The position numbers and the translations under genes are program-made. Below the pieces are notes generated by a model. It saw only the letters and a list, made by a program, of their open reading frames with translations. It searched no databases and had not been told where the DNA came from. 64,000 nucleotides of DNA from Eledone cirrhosa (taxonomy: Eukaryota), in assembly GCA_964016885.1 (NCBI GenBank), contig OZ024747.1, positions 40,486,001 through 40,550,000 on the forward strand. The letters are read 5' to 3'. This document shows positions 49,747 through 62,165 of the stretch, piece by piece (position 1 is the stretch's first letter; every line of letters begins with the position of its first letter).

Positions 49747-50249
49747 ACTAAAGGTGGAAAACTGGGAGAGGGCACTTGCCTTGGTGGTCAGGGTCATTGT
49801 GGCTTTTTACTGGGCTTTCTCCACAAATGTCCCTCCGAAGTCTCCCCCCTATTGGGGAATTTTTTCATTGTTATTTTCATTGTTATTTTTGTTACATCCT
49901 CTGTTTTTGTTTTTTTACACGCAGAAATGCCCATTTGTACCGTCCTGCATTGTCCTGCACTGTCCTTAATGTCTACTTTATGTAAACCCTTGTGGTTAAT
50001 AAAGAAATCATTATTATTATTATTATTATTATTATTGAATGCCATGGTTGACGGAGGCTCGGCTCTGTAAGGTATAGTAATTTTTAACCGTTAAAACAAT
50101 TGTAAATTGTTTAAAACTTGAACCAGATTGTTGATAAAGACACCCTCCTCCTCGTGAGAGGGGTCTTTCTGTCCGTTATTTGGCCCTTCGGGGTTAAATA
50201 ACCAGTTATTGGGGTTTTGTACCCAAAATTTCATTTTAAACAAAAAAAC

Positions 50250-52350
50250 ATGGCTACCAAAAAGAAATTTCATACGTCACTCCCACTCATTCCGTCTTCT
50301 TCTTCCTCAATCATCACTACAGCAGAGAGAAGATTGTCTCTCTCCCTCCCTTCTTTAAATGTGTCTCTCTCCCTCCCTTCTCTTTCGCAAGCGACGAAAG
50401 AAAAGAAAAGTCTCGTGCAAAGCGTGCAAGGTTTCTCCACGACGACGACGACAGCGACGAAACAGGTGTGCGGGAAATACGAAAACCCAGTTCATTCGTC
50501 TGACGTCAGGAATAATAGCAGTAGCAGCCGTAAAAACAACAGCAACAGTGACAATGAAAACAACAGTAGCAGCCGCAACAGCATCACCAGCAGCATAAAC
50601 AACAACAGCATTAGCAGCAGCAACACCAACAACAACCACAGCAACAGCGGCGGAGGCAGTAGTCGTAGTACCTGCAGCAACAACAAAAGTACCAGCAGCT
50701 CTGACGACAACAACAACAGCAGAGAAAAACCAATCTCATTTGCAGGTATTGCGAAAAATTTGGAAACAATCCTCATAACAAATGAGGAATTAGAGGAAGC
50801 GAAGAAGATGGTGACAAAGAACGGACACCGAGCAATCTGCAAGGCAGCGAAAAATTTTTTCGAAACCCAAGAGCACTGTACGGTCACGTACCGTACAGTA
50901 AGTACAAAATCCCGTAGGGTGGAAAGAGCCACAGAGGCCCAAATACAAAAAGCCTTGGGGTCTGTGTGGCAGCGGAAAACGCACATCACCCGAGGCAAAA
51001 AATATGCCACCGTAGACGTACTTTTTGCCACACCCCAGGAGGCAAAGGCCCAATCAGTAGTGACCCTAAGGAGCGAGGAAATGGTGTTGGTGCCCTCCTA
51101 CTGTGGGCAAAAAATTGTGAGGGTCAAACTGACCCACGTCCCCCCCGGAATGACCCCTTCTTGGCTGGCCGCGTCTGTCCTCGTCGGAATCGAGGACAAA
51201 ACAACTGTACTGCAAGTACAGAAAAAAGTAAGAGAAGATTGGGTCGGCTCCTCCATTGAGATGCTAATCCAAACCAACCAGGAGTGCATCGAAGCTATCC
51301 CGGATGTGATAGACTTCGATAACGGCACTCAACTGCCCATAAGTGTTGAGGGCAAACGCCCGAAATGCTTTCGCTGTGGATCGAAGACCCACCTCAGGGC
51401 CTTCTGCAACGAGAAGACCCTGAGAAAGGAGAAAACCCCCCCCCCTCCTTCCGAATCCGGCTCCACGGCTACCAGCAACAGGACAAGCGGCAACCAGGAA
51501 CGATAGGCCCGTGGCACCCATACCCACTCCACGGAAATCAAAAACAGCAGCAGCAGTGGAAATACTAACAACAACAACAGCAATACCAAATGCAGCTGCA
51601 ACAGAGACTCCAGTGCAAACATCACCAACAACAACAAGTGAAAGAGTGGAGTTGGTACCCCTCCCCGACCTCACAGAATCAGACATGGAGTGTGAGGTGG
51701 GAGAGAGATGGCAAAAGGTCGTAAGAAGGCACAAACGCAGAAGCAGCGCATCGTCGCCTTTGAAAAGTGAGGAAAGAAATGAGAAAAGGGTAAAGTCTAC
51801 TGCAAAGAGACCCACAGCAGCAACAACACCAACACCATCACCACCCACACTAGCGCCACCATCACCACCGGCGACAACCCCACCGCCAACAACACCTTCA
51901 ACACCACCACCACAAGCACCAACATCGCAAACACAACAACAAAACACACACACCCAGCAACAACGACAAGAAAATAGCAGAACCACACCCCACCCCCAGA
52001 AAAACAAATGCACGGCAATAAATACACACAACAAGAAACTAATGACTTACATAATTGAACACACAGACATTTCACAACAGGACTACATAATACCAGCACC
52101 AATCAAAACGCCAACTAACATAAGACTGCTAAAAATAGCACAGAAACAATACACAAATATTAAAACGAAATTCCCCAACGCAGTTGGTGATTTCAGGGAC
52201 CTAGGAGGAACCATCAATCGAAGAGTATACTCAGACATTCTCTTAGAAGAGCCGACGACCAGCCGAAGGGACGATTCAACGGTCCCTTCACCAGACGATC
52301 AAGTGAAAAGGGATGTAAAAACCATCCCTCCTCTACCAAAAGTACGGTAA
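50250..52350 (+). pseudogene. Tx1 ORF1 copy 3, +1 frameshift in the C run at 51436-51445
   Basis: C10 versus C9 in copy 2. Confidence 0.75.
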
Positions 52351-52385
52351 GTGGTCTTTCCCATCTTTTCCACTCTATTTTAAAC

Positions 52386-55300
52386 ATGACCTCACTCAGA
52401 ATAGGCAGCATAAATGCGCGTGGCTTGGGGTCGTCATGGAAGCAGGGTCACCTGCTCAACGACCTCAGGTCACTAAACATAGATGTAGTGGCCATCAGCG
52501 AGACCAGAATCTCCGAAGCACGGGCCTTCGCACCGATCTTCGGCGGCTTCGATGTGTACGCATCTCCCAGCCGTCCTGGATCGGGTGGAGGAGTTGCTGT
52601 GCTTTTTCGGAGAGGTTTGGATCTCGCCATACGGGCCATCTTCCTGGACCCAGAGGGTAAGCTGGTGGTGCTGGACGTGACCAGCGGAGACGGGCAAGCT
52701 TTCAGGCTAGTGGCCGTCTATGCCCCGACAGGAGCAGGGCGGCCTGATTTCTTCCGGCGTCTGGAGACCTTTCTTGGAACGTCCCGCTCTTTAGTGTTAG
52801 TGGGCGACTGGAACGGGATCTTAGATGCACGCTGGGACTGTGTGGGATTAGCGGATAGGGGTGGAGGGTGCAAGAGCCTCACCAACCTGCTCAGGCGTTT
52901 TGAACTGTCTGACAGGTACCGATTGGATTTCCCGAATGTGCCAATGTGGACTTGGACAAACCGCATAGGGTCATCCAGATCATATCTAGATAGAGTATTT
53001 TGTAGGGAAATAGATAGGTCTAGCATAGGCTGTCCACAATTCAAGATAGTCAGCTACACGGACCACAAATTCGTGATCTGTGTGCTTGACTTAGATAGGC
53101 TTCATAGACGAGGACCCGGCTACTGGAAGCTAAACGCGTCCTTACCAGCGCGCAAGGCCTACAGAGACCGGATTAGCGAACTAGTTAAGCGGGCGTTGAC
53201 GGGGGCCATCGTCAACAACAAGTGGTGGTTTGCTCTGAAAAGAGCGATTAGAATAGAATCGATTAGGTTTAGTAAGGCTTTAGCACTAGAGAAAAATAGA
53301 GCAGAGGGAGAACTAGTTAGAAAATTAGACGAGGCGCTTAGCAAAGGCATTGCGACCGACGTGCTTGCGGCGAAATTGGCCCTTGACCAATTCTTCAATG
53401 CAAAGCACGAAGGCTGCGTTGTCAGAGCTAGGGTGCGTGCTCTCAGACACGAGGGGACGAAAGCCGTTCAATGGGCCCGAGTGGCGGAGGCGCGTCGTGG
53501 CAACAAAGCCACGATCCGGTCTTTGGTGGACCACGACGGGCGCATGCTACTCGATCCCGGGCAAATGTGTGAAGCTTTTCAGCGACACTTCGCTCAGCTG
53601 TTCGGGGGCAGCGGGGGGCCGGGTAGAGGGATGGACTTTAGTGTCTACCTCGACGGACTGCCGCGGCTCTCGGCCACTGAGGCGAGGTGTTGCGAAAAGC
53701 CGATAACAGCCGCTGAAGTACGGGAGGCAATGACTGGCTGCACAAGGGGTAAATCGCCTGGTTTGGATGGTCTGCCCTATGAACTTTACGTACAGATGCC
53801 AGACTTGTTCGGAGGCCTCTTGGCGGACGTCTACTGCAACTGGCAACAGAACGGGAGAATTCCCAGTTCTGTGAGCCGAGGAGCGGTGGCACTGCTGAGA
53901 AAGGATCCGAACAAGGGGGATAACATAGACAATTTCCGGCCCATAACTCTGCTAAACACAGAGTTTAAGATTTTGGCCAAGGTGCTAGCAAAGAGGTTGG
54001 CGCTTGTCGTTGGTGGTCTGGTGGGAGAGGCGCAGACATGCGCCATTCCCGACAGATCCATCCACGACAACCTCCACCTCATGCGATACATCGTAGAGAG
54101 GGTAGCTAGGGAACCTGGCACGGGTGGGTCCTTGATCAATTTAGATCAGTCGAAAGCTTTCGATAGGGTCGACCATCGTTACCTAGCGGCAGTCCTGAGG
54201 GCGGCTGGCTTTGGGCCCGTCTTCAGAGGCTGGATCGCTGCCATGCACAGCGACATCTGCTCTGTGGTGAGAGTGAACGGTCACCTGTCGGAACCGTTCA
54301 ACATCATGCGCTCGGTCCGCCAAGGATGTCCCCTCTCGTCCCTCTTGTACGTATTGACTCTCGAGCCATTACTGCACAAACTGGAGACGTTGAGGGGAGT
54401 CCCGCGCGAACTAGGATGCGGAAGATCCGTGTCAGCATATGCGGACGATGTCACCGTAGTGGTGTCGAACGCCAAACACATCGAGGCGATCGGCACTACA
54501 CTAAGAGAATACGAAGCGGTGACAGGAGCAATGATCAACCAGGAAAAGTCAGTGGGCCTGCAGCTCGGCACCTGGAGAGGCAGGTCCATGCCGTCCAACA
54601 GCGTCGTCGGGCGCTGGACGGACGGACCGGTTAAATTGCTAGGGGTCTGGTTCGGTCCGGACCTCCAGACGGACAAAAACTGGGACGAGGTGACGAGCAG
54701 GGTGGCTTCTCTCACCCAGAAATGGGCGGAGAGGAAGCTATCCCTGAAAGGTCGAGCGGAGGTGGCTAACGCGTACATCGCGTCTGTCATCTGCTACCGC
54801 CTAACCGTCGTACCTTGTCCTAAGCCTCGCCTGACTGCGCTGGAGCGTTTGCTCTTTCGCTTTTTGTGGAAGGGACGTGCTCCGATGGTCAGGCGGTCCA
54901 TCTGTTGTCAACACCCGCTACGTGGAGGGCTGGGCATGCCGTGGCTGATGATGCGCAGGCACGCGCTCAGGCTACGACATCTCCACCTCTTCCTCGACGG
55001 TGATCAGGTGTGGTCGCCGTTTGCTAGACGCGTTTTTCCCCAGCTCGTTTCCTTGACGGAGCTGCAGTCCTGGGTCAAGCGAAGACCGAGAGGGAGCGCC
55101 TGGAGACTGGAATGTCTTCAGGCGCTCACAGCCCTCGACCAATCGGGCAATGTGATCGGTGGAAACTCCACCTCGGCGTTCTATAGAGGATTAGTGGAGG
55201 GGAAGAGCGACGACGTACTTGGGGAAACTCTAGGCGTCGACGAAAATCAACTAGCCAATCTCTTCGGAAGAACTTTCGGGCCGGGGCCTATGGACAACTT

Positions 55301-55792
55301 CCAGAAATCTCTGGCCTGGCAGTGCTACCGAGGAGCCTTGCCAGTTCGGGATAAACTCTACAGGCATGGAGGTGCCGTCAGCCGGGCATGTCCGAGATGC
55401 GCGCAGGGCGACGAAACCGTCCTGCACGCACTCGTCCAGTGTCCGAAAATTGCTGACTTGTGGGTTTATGTCGAACACCTGCTGTCGCGTTTAGGACGGA
55501 TCCAGCTATCATCCAGCTATCATCCAGCTATTCCTTTAGCCGGGAAGGGCAGGCAGTTTTTATCTGTCTGGTGGCCATGGCGAAAGAGATAGTATGGTGG
55601 ACACGTTTGAAAGGGCTGAAGACGAGCACTTACCTCTTCGGTGATGCTCTAATTGACTTTTTCAAATTTCATTTGAAAAGGAAAATCAGAGTAGAGAAGG
55701 AAGTGCTCTCTTCCCAGCATTTTGTTGAAAGATGGGTGAGAGAAGCAAGAATGGCCCGAGTGAATGGGCCGACTCTGAGTATATATCTGTAA
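52386..55792 (+). pseudogene. Tx1 ORF2 copy 3, frameshifted near the C-terminus (net -13 bp at ~55515)
   Basis: ORF ends at 55592; the native C-terminus continues in another frame to 55792. Confidence 0.85.
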
Positions 55793-56052
55793 ACTAAAGG
55801 TGGAAAACTGGGAGAGGGCACTTGCCTTGGTGGTCAGGGTCATTGTGGCTTTTTACTGGGCTTTCTCCACAAATGTCCCTCCGAAGTCTCCCCCCTATTG
55901 GGGAATTTTTCATTGTTATTTTCATTGTTATTTTTGTTACATCCTCTGTTTTTGTTTTTTTACACGCAGAAATGCCCATTTGTACCGTCCTGCATTGTCC
56001 TGCACTGTCCTTAATGTCTACTTTATGTAAACCCTTGTGGTTAATAAAGAAA

Positions 56053-56090
<38 letters not shown>

Positions 56091-56524
56091 TTTTTTTTTT
56101 TTTTTTTTTTTTTTTATTGTGCAATGGCCATACTCGATAACGAGGGGGCAGCCATCATGTATGTATGTAAGATCATTCCCCCTCTCTATAATTTAACTGC
56201 TTTACTCTCTCTTCACTCTCTATGTGACAACACTGTTTTAGTTTCCGTATCTCCCTTCAATATATACACATAGAGAGAGAGATTTAGAGAAAGATTAGGA
56301 AAACTACACACACATATTTACAGTGAGAGACAGAAAAACAGAGGGAGAGGGTAAAAAGAGAGATAGGCCGTTAGACAGAGAGAGGTACAATTAAAGTGTT
56401 AGTTATTCAGAGAGAGAGAGAGAGTCGGAAGGACAATGTGACACGGGAGGGTGTGTGGTAACTTTGCAGTGGAGTGGTGGGGGCAGGTATACCTAGCCGA
56501 GCGCCAGCTGGACGGGCCAGATAG

Positions 56525-57816
56525 TGTTCATATATGACTGAAAAGCGGGGGAAAACAACAACCCAATCTAATAACATTTCCAGCAATGGCCTAACTGTTT
56601 CACCGATATCTGATGAGGACTGCTACAGATACCTGGGGATGGATGAGAAGATATCCTATAATGGTATCTGCAATAAGGAACGCATAACCAGGGAATATTA
56701 CACCCGATTAAAAGAAATATGGTCATCGGAACTCTCTGCGCACAATCTGTTTGCAGTGCCTGTCCTAACACCAACGTTTGGAATACTAAATTGAATGAGC
56801 AATTGATGTTAGGACTCGAAAAATACCAAACAACACTGGAAACTTCCTTAAAAACAGTTACATAGACCGCCTCTACTTGAAACGTAAGCAGGGGGGCAGA
56901 GGCCTAACATCAGTCCAGACAGCATTTGAGTGTTGCATCGTATCCCTCCGACAACATTTACAAACCTTGAAGCGTAGGAGCCCATCCATTGAGCAAGTCT
57001 ATCTGCATGAGACAGATAAGATCATGAGAGTTGGGAAGGAACTCCTTGAAAGATACTCCTTGCAAAAACTCACACCCATGGAAATTGCCCAGCAGTACCG
57101 CAGTGAATCCATGGATGAAAAACTGCATGCTTATCAGCAAAAAATTATGCATGGATATGTAAAATAGATAAACAAAGTAGTCTATCTTGGACCAACAACA
57201 ACTATATTGGCTCCCACTTTGAAGGATACACTTTTGCAATCCAAGAATATGAAATCAACACAAAATACCTGATTCACAAAAGCGATAGAGATACAGGCAA
57301 AACACCTAGATGTGATAACAAGTGCAGACTCGGTAGAATTAATATCTAAGATGTCACCCATGTCATAAGCAACTGTCCAAAGATGTCATCGCAGTACTAT
57401 CTACCTATGAGGCATGTTGTAGTGAGCAAAACACTGTACAATGCAATCCGTAGAAAAGATAGCCCCGATAATAAACACATTAAAAGCTACAGCAATGTGG
57501 AAGACATCCATATACATAATTTGAAAGAGTACTGGTGGAATGTCCCAGTAAAACCCCAATAAAATGCAGGCATAACAGACCAGATATTATGATATTTGAC
57601 AGGGAAAAGACGGCATGCACAGTAGTGGAAGTTAGCTGCCCAGCAGATGCCAATATATTAAAGATTAGTGAAAAGGAGAATCTCTATGCAGAACTGATGA
57701 GAAATCTGCAGATACTCCACCCTGATGTTGTGTAATTTCCAGTGAAAGAGTCTTGTGTCTATGTTAGAAACCAACTCTCTACTGGCAAAAATTTGTGAAA
57801 TTATAAAACAAGAAGA
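56525..57816 (+). pseudogene. R4/Dong-like LINE copy B, 3' half (end of RT, thumb, CCHC remnant, RLE endonuclease)
   Basis: CSYMTEKRGK..YRYLG, GGRGL, HNRPDIMIFD..VVEVSCP (PD-(D/E)xK-type RLE); ends at (ACAT)n. Confidence 0.8.
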
Positions 57817-58200
57817 ACATACATACATGGTGGCTGCCAACTCGTTTTCGAGTACGGCCACTACTTTATATCCATGTAGGAGAACCCCTACCGATACGCT
57901 GAACGAGTATGACTTTTTAGTCCAGCCAGCGACTTGAAAACTCTGGTACACACACTACACTCGTGACAATTATTGACACATAGTGCTGGGCCCATGGTAC
58001 CATGTGACGGCAAGTGCAGAGAGGTCTCCAGATATAAAGCAATGCCTGTGCCGTGAAGCTATTATAGTGAGCAAAGGCACTGCACAAAGCCAGTCCCACT
58101 CTCTTAATCAAGATGATATTTACCAAAAAGAAGAACATGTCAACATCATTGGATACCATCATGGTTGCAGGTGTTATATCAGAGTTTTCCTTCTCCTAGA
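57817..58200 (-). mobile_element. Non-autonomous RTE-derived bipartite element (5' UTR + 3' end, no ORF)
   Basis: Minus strand ctaggagaagg..ctctgatataacacctgc..gatgttga..gagagtggga resembles the RTE 5' UTR at 33440-33575; tggccgtactcgaaaacgag..gcagccacc(atgt)n resembles the RTE 3' end. Confidence 0.7.
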
Positions 58201-58205
58201 ATTGA

Positions 58206-60232
58206 ACATACATACATATATACATACATACATACATACATACATACATACATACATACATACATACATACATACATACATACATGATGGCTTCCCCCTC
58301 GTTATCGAGTATGGCCATTGCACGAGGAGAAAAAAATTATAATAATAGATGAATAAAAAATAAAATAAAAATAAAAATAAAAAAAGAAATATATATATAT
58401 ATATATACACATATACATATACATATATACACACACATATACATTAATAACAATAATAATAATAATAATAATAATAACAACAATAATAATAACGACAACA
58501 ACAATAATAATATACATATACATATATATATACACATACACGCACACACATAAACATATCTATACACACACACACGATAGCAACTAACAGCGCTGCGATC
58601 GAATGTGGCTTTTTAGCCCAGCCAATGATCTAAAATGTCTTGCACAGAGTCGGCAACCAAAACATTCACTGGGAATAGTCGGCTGTGGTTGGAGTTCATG
58701 TACTTTTGCATGTCGCTTGAGCCCTCCTGCTGATTTACATTCTCTACCACATGTTTGGCAAGCATGATGAGTAGCATCTCCAACAGCAGCCTGGTAGTCA
58801 ACCACTGGTCTTACTTTATGACTGCGAAGATGACTTTCGAGTCCAGCTTTGCTTAGGCAGAGTCTCCCACAAACGCTGCATGTCAGCACCATAGGAGGAC
58901 CCTCGCCGTCTGGAAGTGCAACAGCAATTCCCTTCCTCACATCCCGCTTTACTTTCTCGTATGCGATTCGAGATGCCTCAAAGGCAACTTTTCCCTCATA
59001 TACAGTCTTTCTCCATTTATTACGATCAGCAGCAACATTTTCCCATGTATCAGCAGAGATGTTAGCGTCTTTCAAAGAGGCTTTCAAGGAATCCTTATAC
59101 CTCTTTTTTGGTTTATGTGGCGGTCGTTTTCCTTTAACCAACTCTCCATAAAAGAGTTGTTTTGATATTCTAGAATCCTTCATCCTGGCAAGGTGACCAC
59201 TCCAACGGAGTCGTTGCTTAAGCACAAGAGCTTCTATACTGTCACACATAGAGCTTTCCAAAATATCGACATCACTGATGTGGTCCCTCCAGTGAACGCC
59301 ATGGATCCGTTTGAGACACATCTGATGGAAACGCTCCAATTGCTTAAGGTGGTGTCGATATGTGACCCAGGTCTCGCAGGCATAAAGAAGACAAGAGAGT
59401 ACACATGCCTTGTACATCTTTACCTTTGTCCTCCTGCATATGTCTCGCCGACCCCAGAGTCGCCTTTCTAGCTTTCCGAAAGCATCACTTGCTTTCCTAA
59501 TCCTAAGTGAGATTTCACTGTCAAGGTTGCTGTATCGATTGACAGTGCTTCCCAGGTAGACAAACTGATCAACCACTCCAAGTCGTTTGCCATACACATA
59601 GATGTTTGGTTCAGTGTACTGCTTACCAGGGGCATGTTGGTACATGACGACGGTTTTCTTGAGACTGACAGTCAATCCTAGGGCAGTGCAAGCGTCAGAA
59701 AATGCATTCAAAATGTGCTGCATATCACTCTCTGCCTGCGCTACAAGATCGCAATCATCTGCATACAAGAGGTCTCTTATGATTGATGTAAATACTTTTG
59801 TCTTTGCAGCAAAGCGCCTGATGTTAAATATACTGCCTGAGGTTTGATATCGGATGTAAACACCATGCTCGCAATTCCTGAATGCAATACAGAAAACCAT
59901 TGCAAAGTATATGGCAAACAGGGTCGGTGCTGGAATATCCCCCTGTTTCACTCCATTTTTTACTGAGATAGGCTCCGACATGTTACCTCCGACATTAACC
60001 CAAGCCTTCATGTCGTCATGGAAAGACCTAACTAAAGCAATGAACTTATCAGGGCAACCAAGTTTCTGGAGAACCTTCCGTAATGCATCTCTGTTCACAG
60101 TATCGAAAGCTTTTTTCAGATCGACAAAAACCTGATACAGATCCAAGCCTTGTTCCATGCACTTCTCCTGGAGCTGTCTAGATGAGAAGATCATATCAGT
60201 AGTGCCGCGTCCAGCACGAAAACCAGATTGAC
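58206..60232 (-). mobile_element. 5'-truncated RTE LINE copy 2 (open RT-to-zinc-finger ORF 58584-60230, intact 3' UTR)
   Basis: Close paralogue of 35620-37269; (ATGT)n tail. Confidence 0.92.
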
Positions 60233-61184
60233 ATACATACATACATACATACTCCATCAGTCAAAGCGATCAGTCGCATATTTTGGCGTGGGATACTATT
60301 TATTAAATTTAAGATGAATACTATCTCCGACAGTAATGCCACAACTACAGCCAGGTTGAATAACTGGTTATTCTTCTAACTATCCCTTCTGAAGACACCT
60401 TTTATTCGAATTCGTAGAGATATCCGACTAAATACATAATTCATTTTACAAGGATTTGCTACAAACAGCATGGCTGAACACAACATCAAGAAAATTAAGG
60501 AAGTATCGAAGACAAATAACAAAGAAGGTAATCAAACTTTATTCAGTTGTAGCTAGAGAAGAAACCGAAATTATAAATCGCATTCTCTTGGAGTTGCGAA
60601 CTTAATAATGATTTATTTAATTGTTATAAAATGGCAAAAAACAATCCCTCCATTCGCTATATGAATAGAATGAAGCTACACTGGGACGAAATGCACCCAG
60701 AGCTAAATTATTTCACAGCGAAACAATTACGCCAACAAGCGACGTTTGTTGAACGTAAAAATAAGATAAATATTATTAATTGTAAGTCCCCCACAACAAA
60801 CATGGAATCAACAACACGTGCTACAGATCGTCATGCTACTAGACTTCCTAGCAGCCAGGTCTAACAGCACCTTGAAACAACTATGCCTGTAAGAAACTTG
60901 ACACCACCTGTACCATCTAAGTCTACCTCGAATGCTGGGGAAAACGCTATCGATAATAATAATAATCGAAGAAATAATAATAATAATCGAATACATGTGA
61001 CACCACGTATACCATCCGAGTCTACCTCGACTGTTGTGGAAAATACTATCGATAATGATAATCAAAAGTATAAACAATTGAAAATTTTTCTCAACGAAAT
61101 CTTGCAGAGAGAAATTAACTCATGTATAAATATCTCTCTGGCTGAACGTGTTAAAATGACAATGGTGAATAAAAAACCAAATAA

Positions 61185-61361
61185 TTGTTTCTACTTTTAG
61201 GCACAAGGCCAGCAATTACCCAGTGTATTACTGGTACTTTATTTTATCGACCCTGTAAGGATGAAAGGCAAAGTCAACCTCGGCGGGATTTGAACTCAGA
61301 TCGTAAAGGGACGTAACTATGCTGGAAAGCATGGTGTCCGACTCTCTACCGATACTGCCAA
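61185..61361 (-). mobile_element. Family A SINE in R4 copy C, TSD caaataat
   Basis: Shared core; empty site visible in copy B near 30500. Confidence 0.85.
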
Positions 61362-61535
61362 CAAATAATGAAATACTACGTGTTATTGACGAAATAGGGG
61401 TTGAATATTTACGACGGATAAAAACCCCAACATTTTGGCAAATCAACGCCTGTTTATATGCCTTAGCAATGACAGTGAATCATTATCTTGGTGATAGCAG
61501 AGATATTAACAAGAACAAAACACCACCAAAAATAC

Positions 61536-62131
61536 TGTAGCAGGAGTCACGCTCTCTAGACGGGACGTAGTTGGAGTTGCTTCCCGTTGGGGTGATAGAA
61601 CCCTTTTTATCACTTCCGGCAGAGCCCTATAAAACGAATAGCTCTCGGCTCTCTCCCTCTCATTTGCCCTTCCGGCGCCTGGCCTTCGCCAGGCGTCTCG
61701 CGTTTGCCTGGCAATCAAAACGGTAACTACTAACTTTGCTTCATTCTTTCATCTATTTCATTGACATGTCAACTATACTGTTAGATTGTTAATTAAATAT
61801 TATACACACATGTCTATGTCTCCTTGTTACATTCATACACACCCAGTATCCTCCCTATATTGGTAACCCTGACGTGATACGAACACGCAGCCGTTCATCG
61901 CTATAAGTGGTCACCCCGAAAAAAGAAAAAAATAGCAGATTCTGGAGTTGTGTGAGTAACATTACGAATACACAGCAAATTTATTGACAAACTATGAAAA
62001 TACTCAGTCAAAGAAACACACCACGCACATGTGAAATTCGCGTTCAGACAGACTTTTTCTCTCACGCATCAACTAACTGTCGCATTTCACGATATATATA
62101 TATGTTTCTCGTTTCTTACAACGAACACTTT

Positions 62132-62165
<34 letters not shown>

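Larger units (their letters stand above)
43978..50009 (+). mobile_element. Full-length Tx1 LINE copy 2
   Basis: Near-identical to copy 1; ORF1 frameshifted, ORF2 intact. Confidence 0.92.
50037..56054 (+). mobile_element. Full-length Tx1 LINE copy 3
   Basis: Separated from copy 2 only by (ATT)9. Confidence 0.92.
32417..56524 (+). mobile_element. Helitron-like non-autonomous element (arms 32417-32677 and 56169-56524) enclosing the gap, RTE and Tx1 array
   Basis: A|TCTATAATATTATAAAG start; palindromic ccagctgg hairpin then ATAG|T end (CTAG variant); subrepeat agatcattccccctctctataatttaactgctttactctc in both arms. Confidence 0.65.

Noticed and set aside
37676-56054. Tx1 array as a pure assembly triplication
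   Set aside because: Each copy has private substitutions and copy 3 has a unique complex indel; only the copy 1/2 junction remains suspect
56610-56640. CTGATGAG hammerhead-like start
   Set aside because: Inside R4 coding sequence with no downstream GAAAC or stems
60385-60425. CTGAAGA...CGAAT in the R4-like 5' UTR (also ~29750)
   Set aside because: Lacks the GAAA core and stem II
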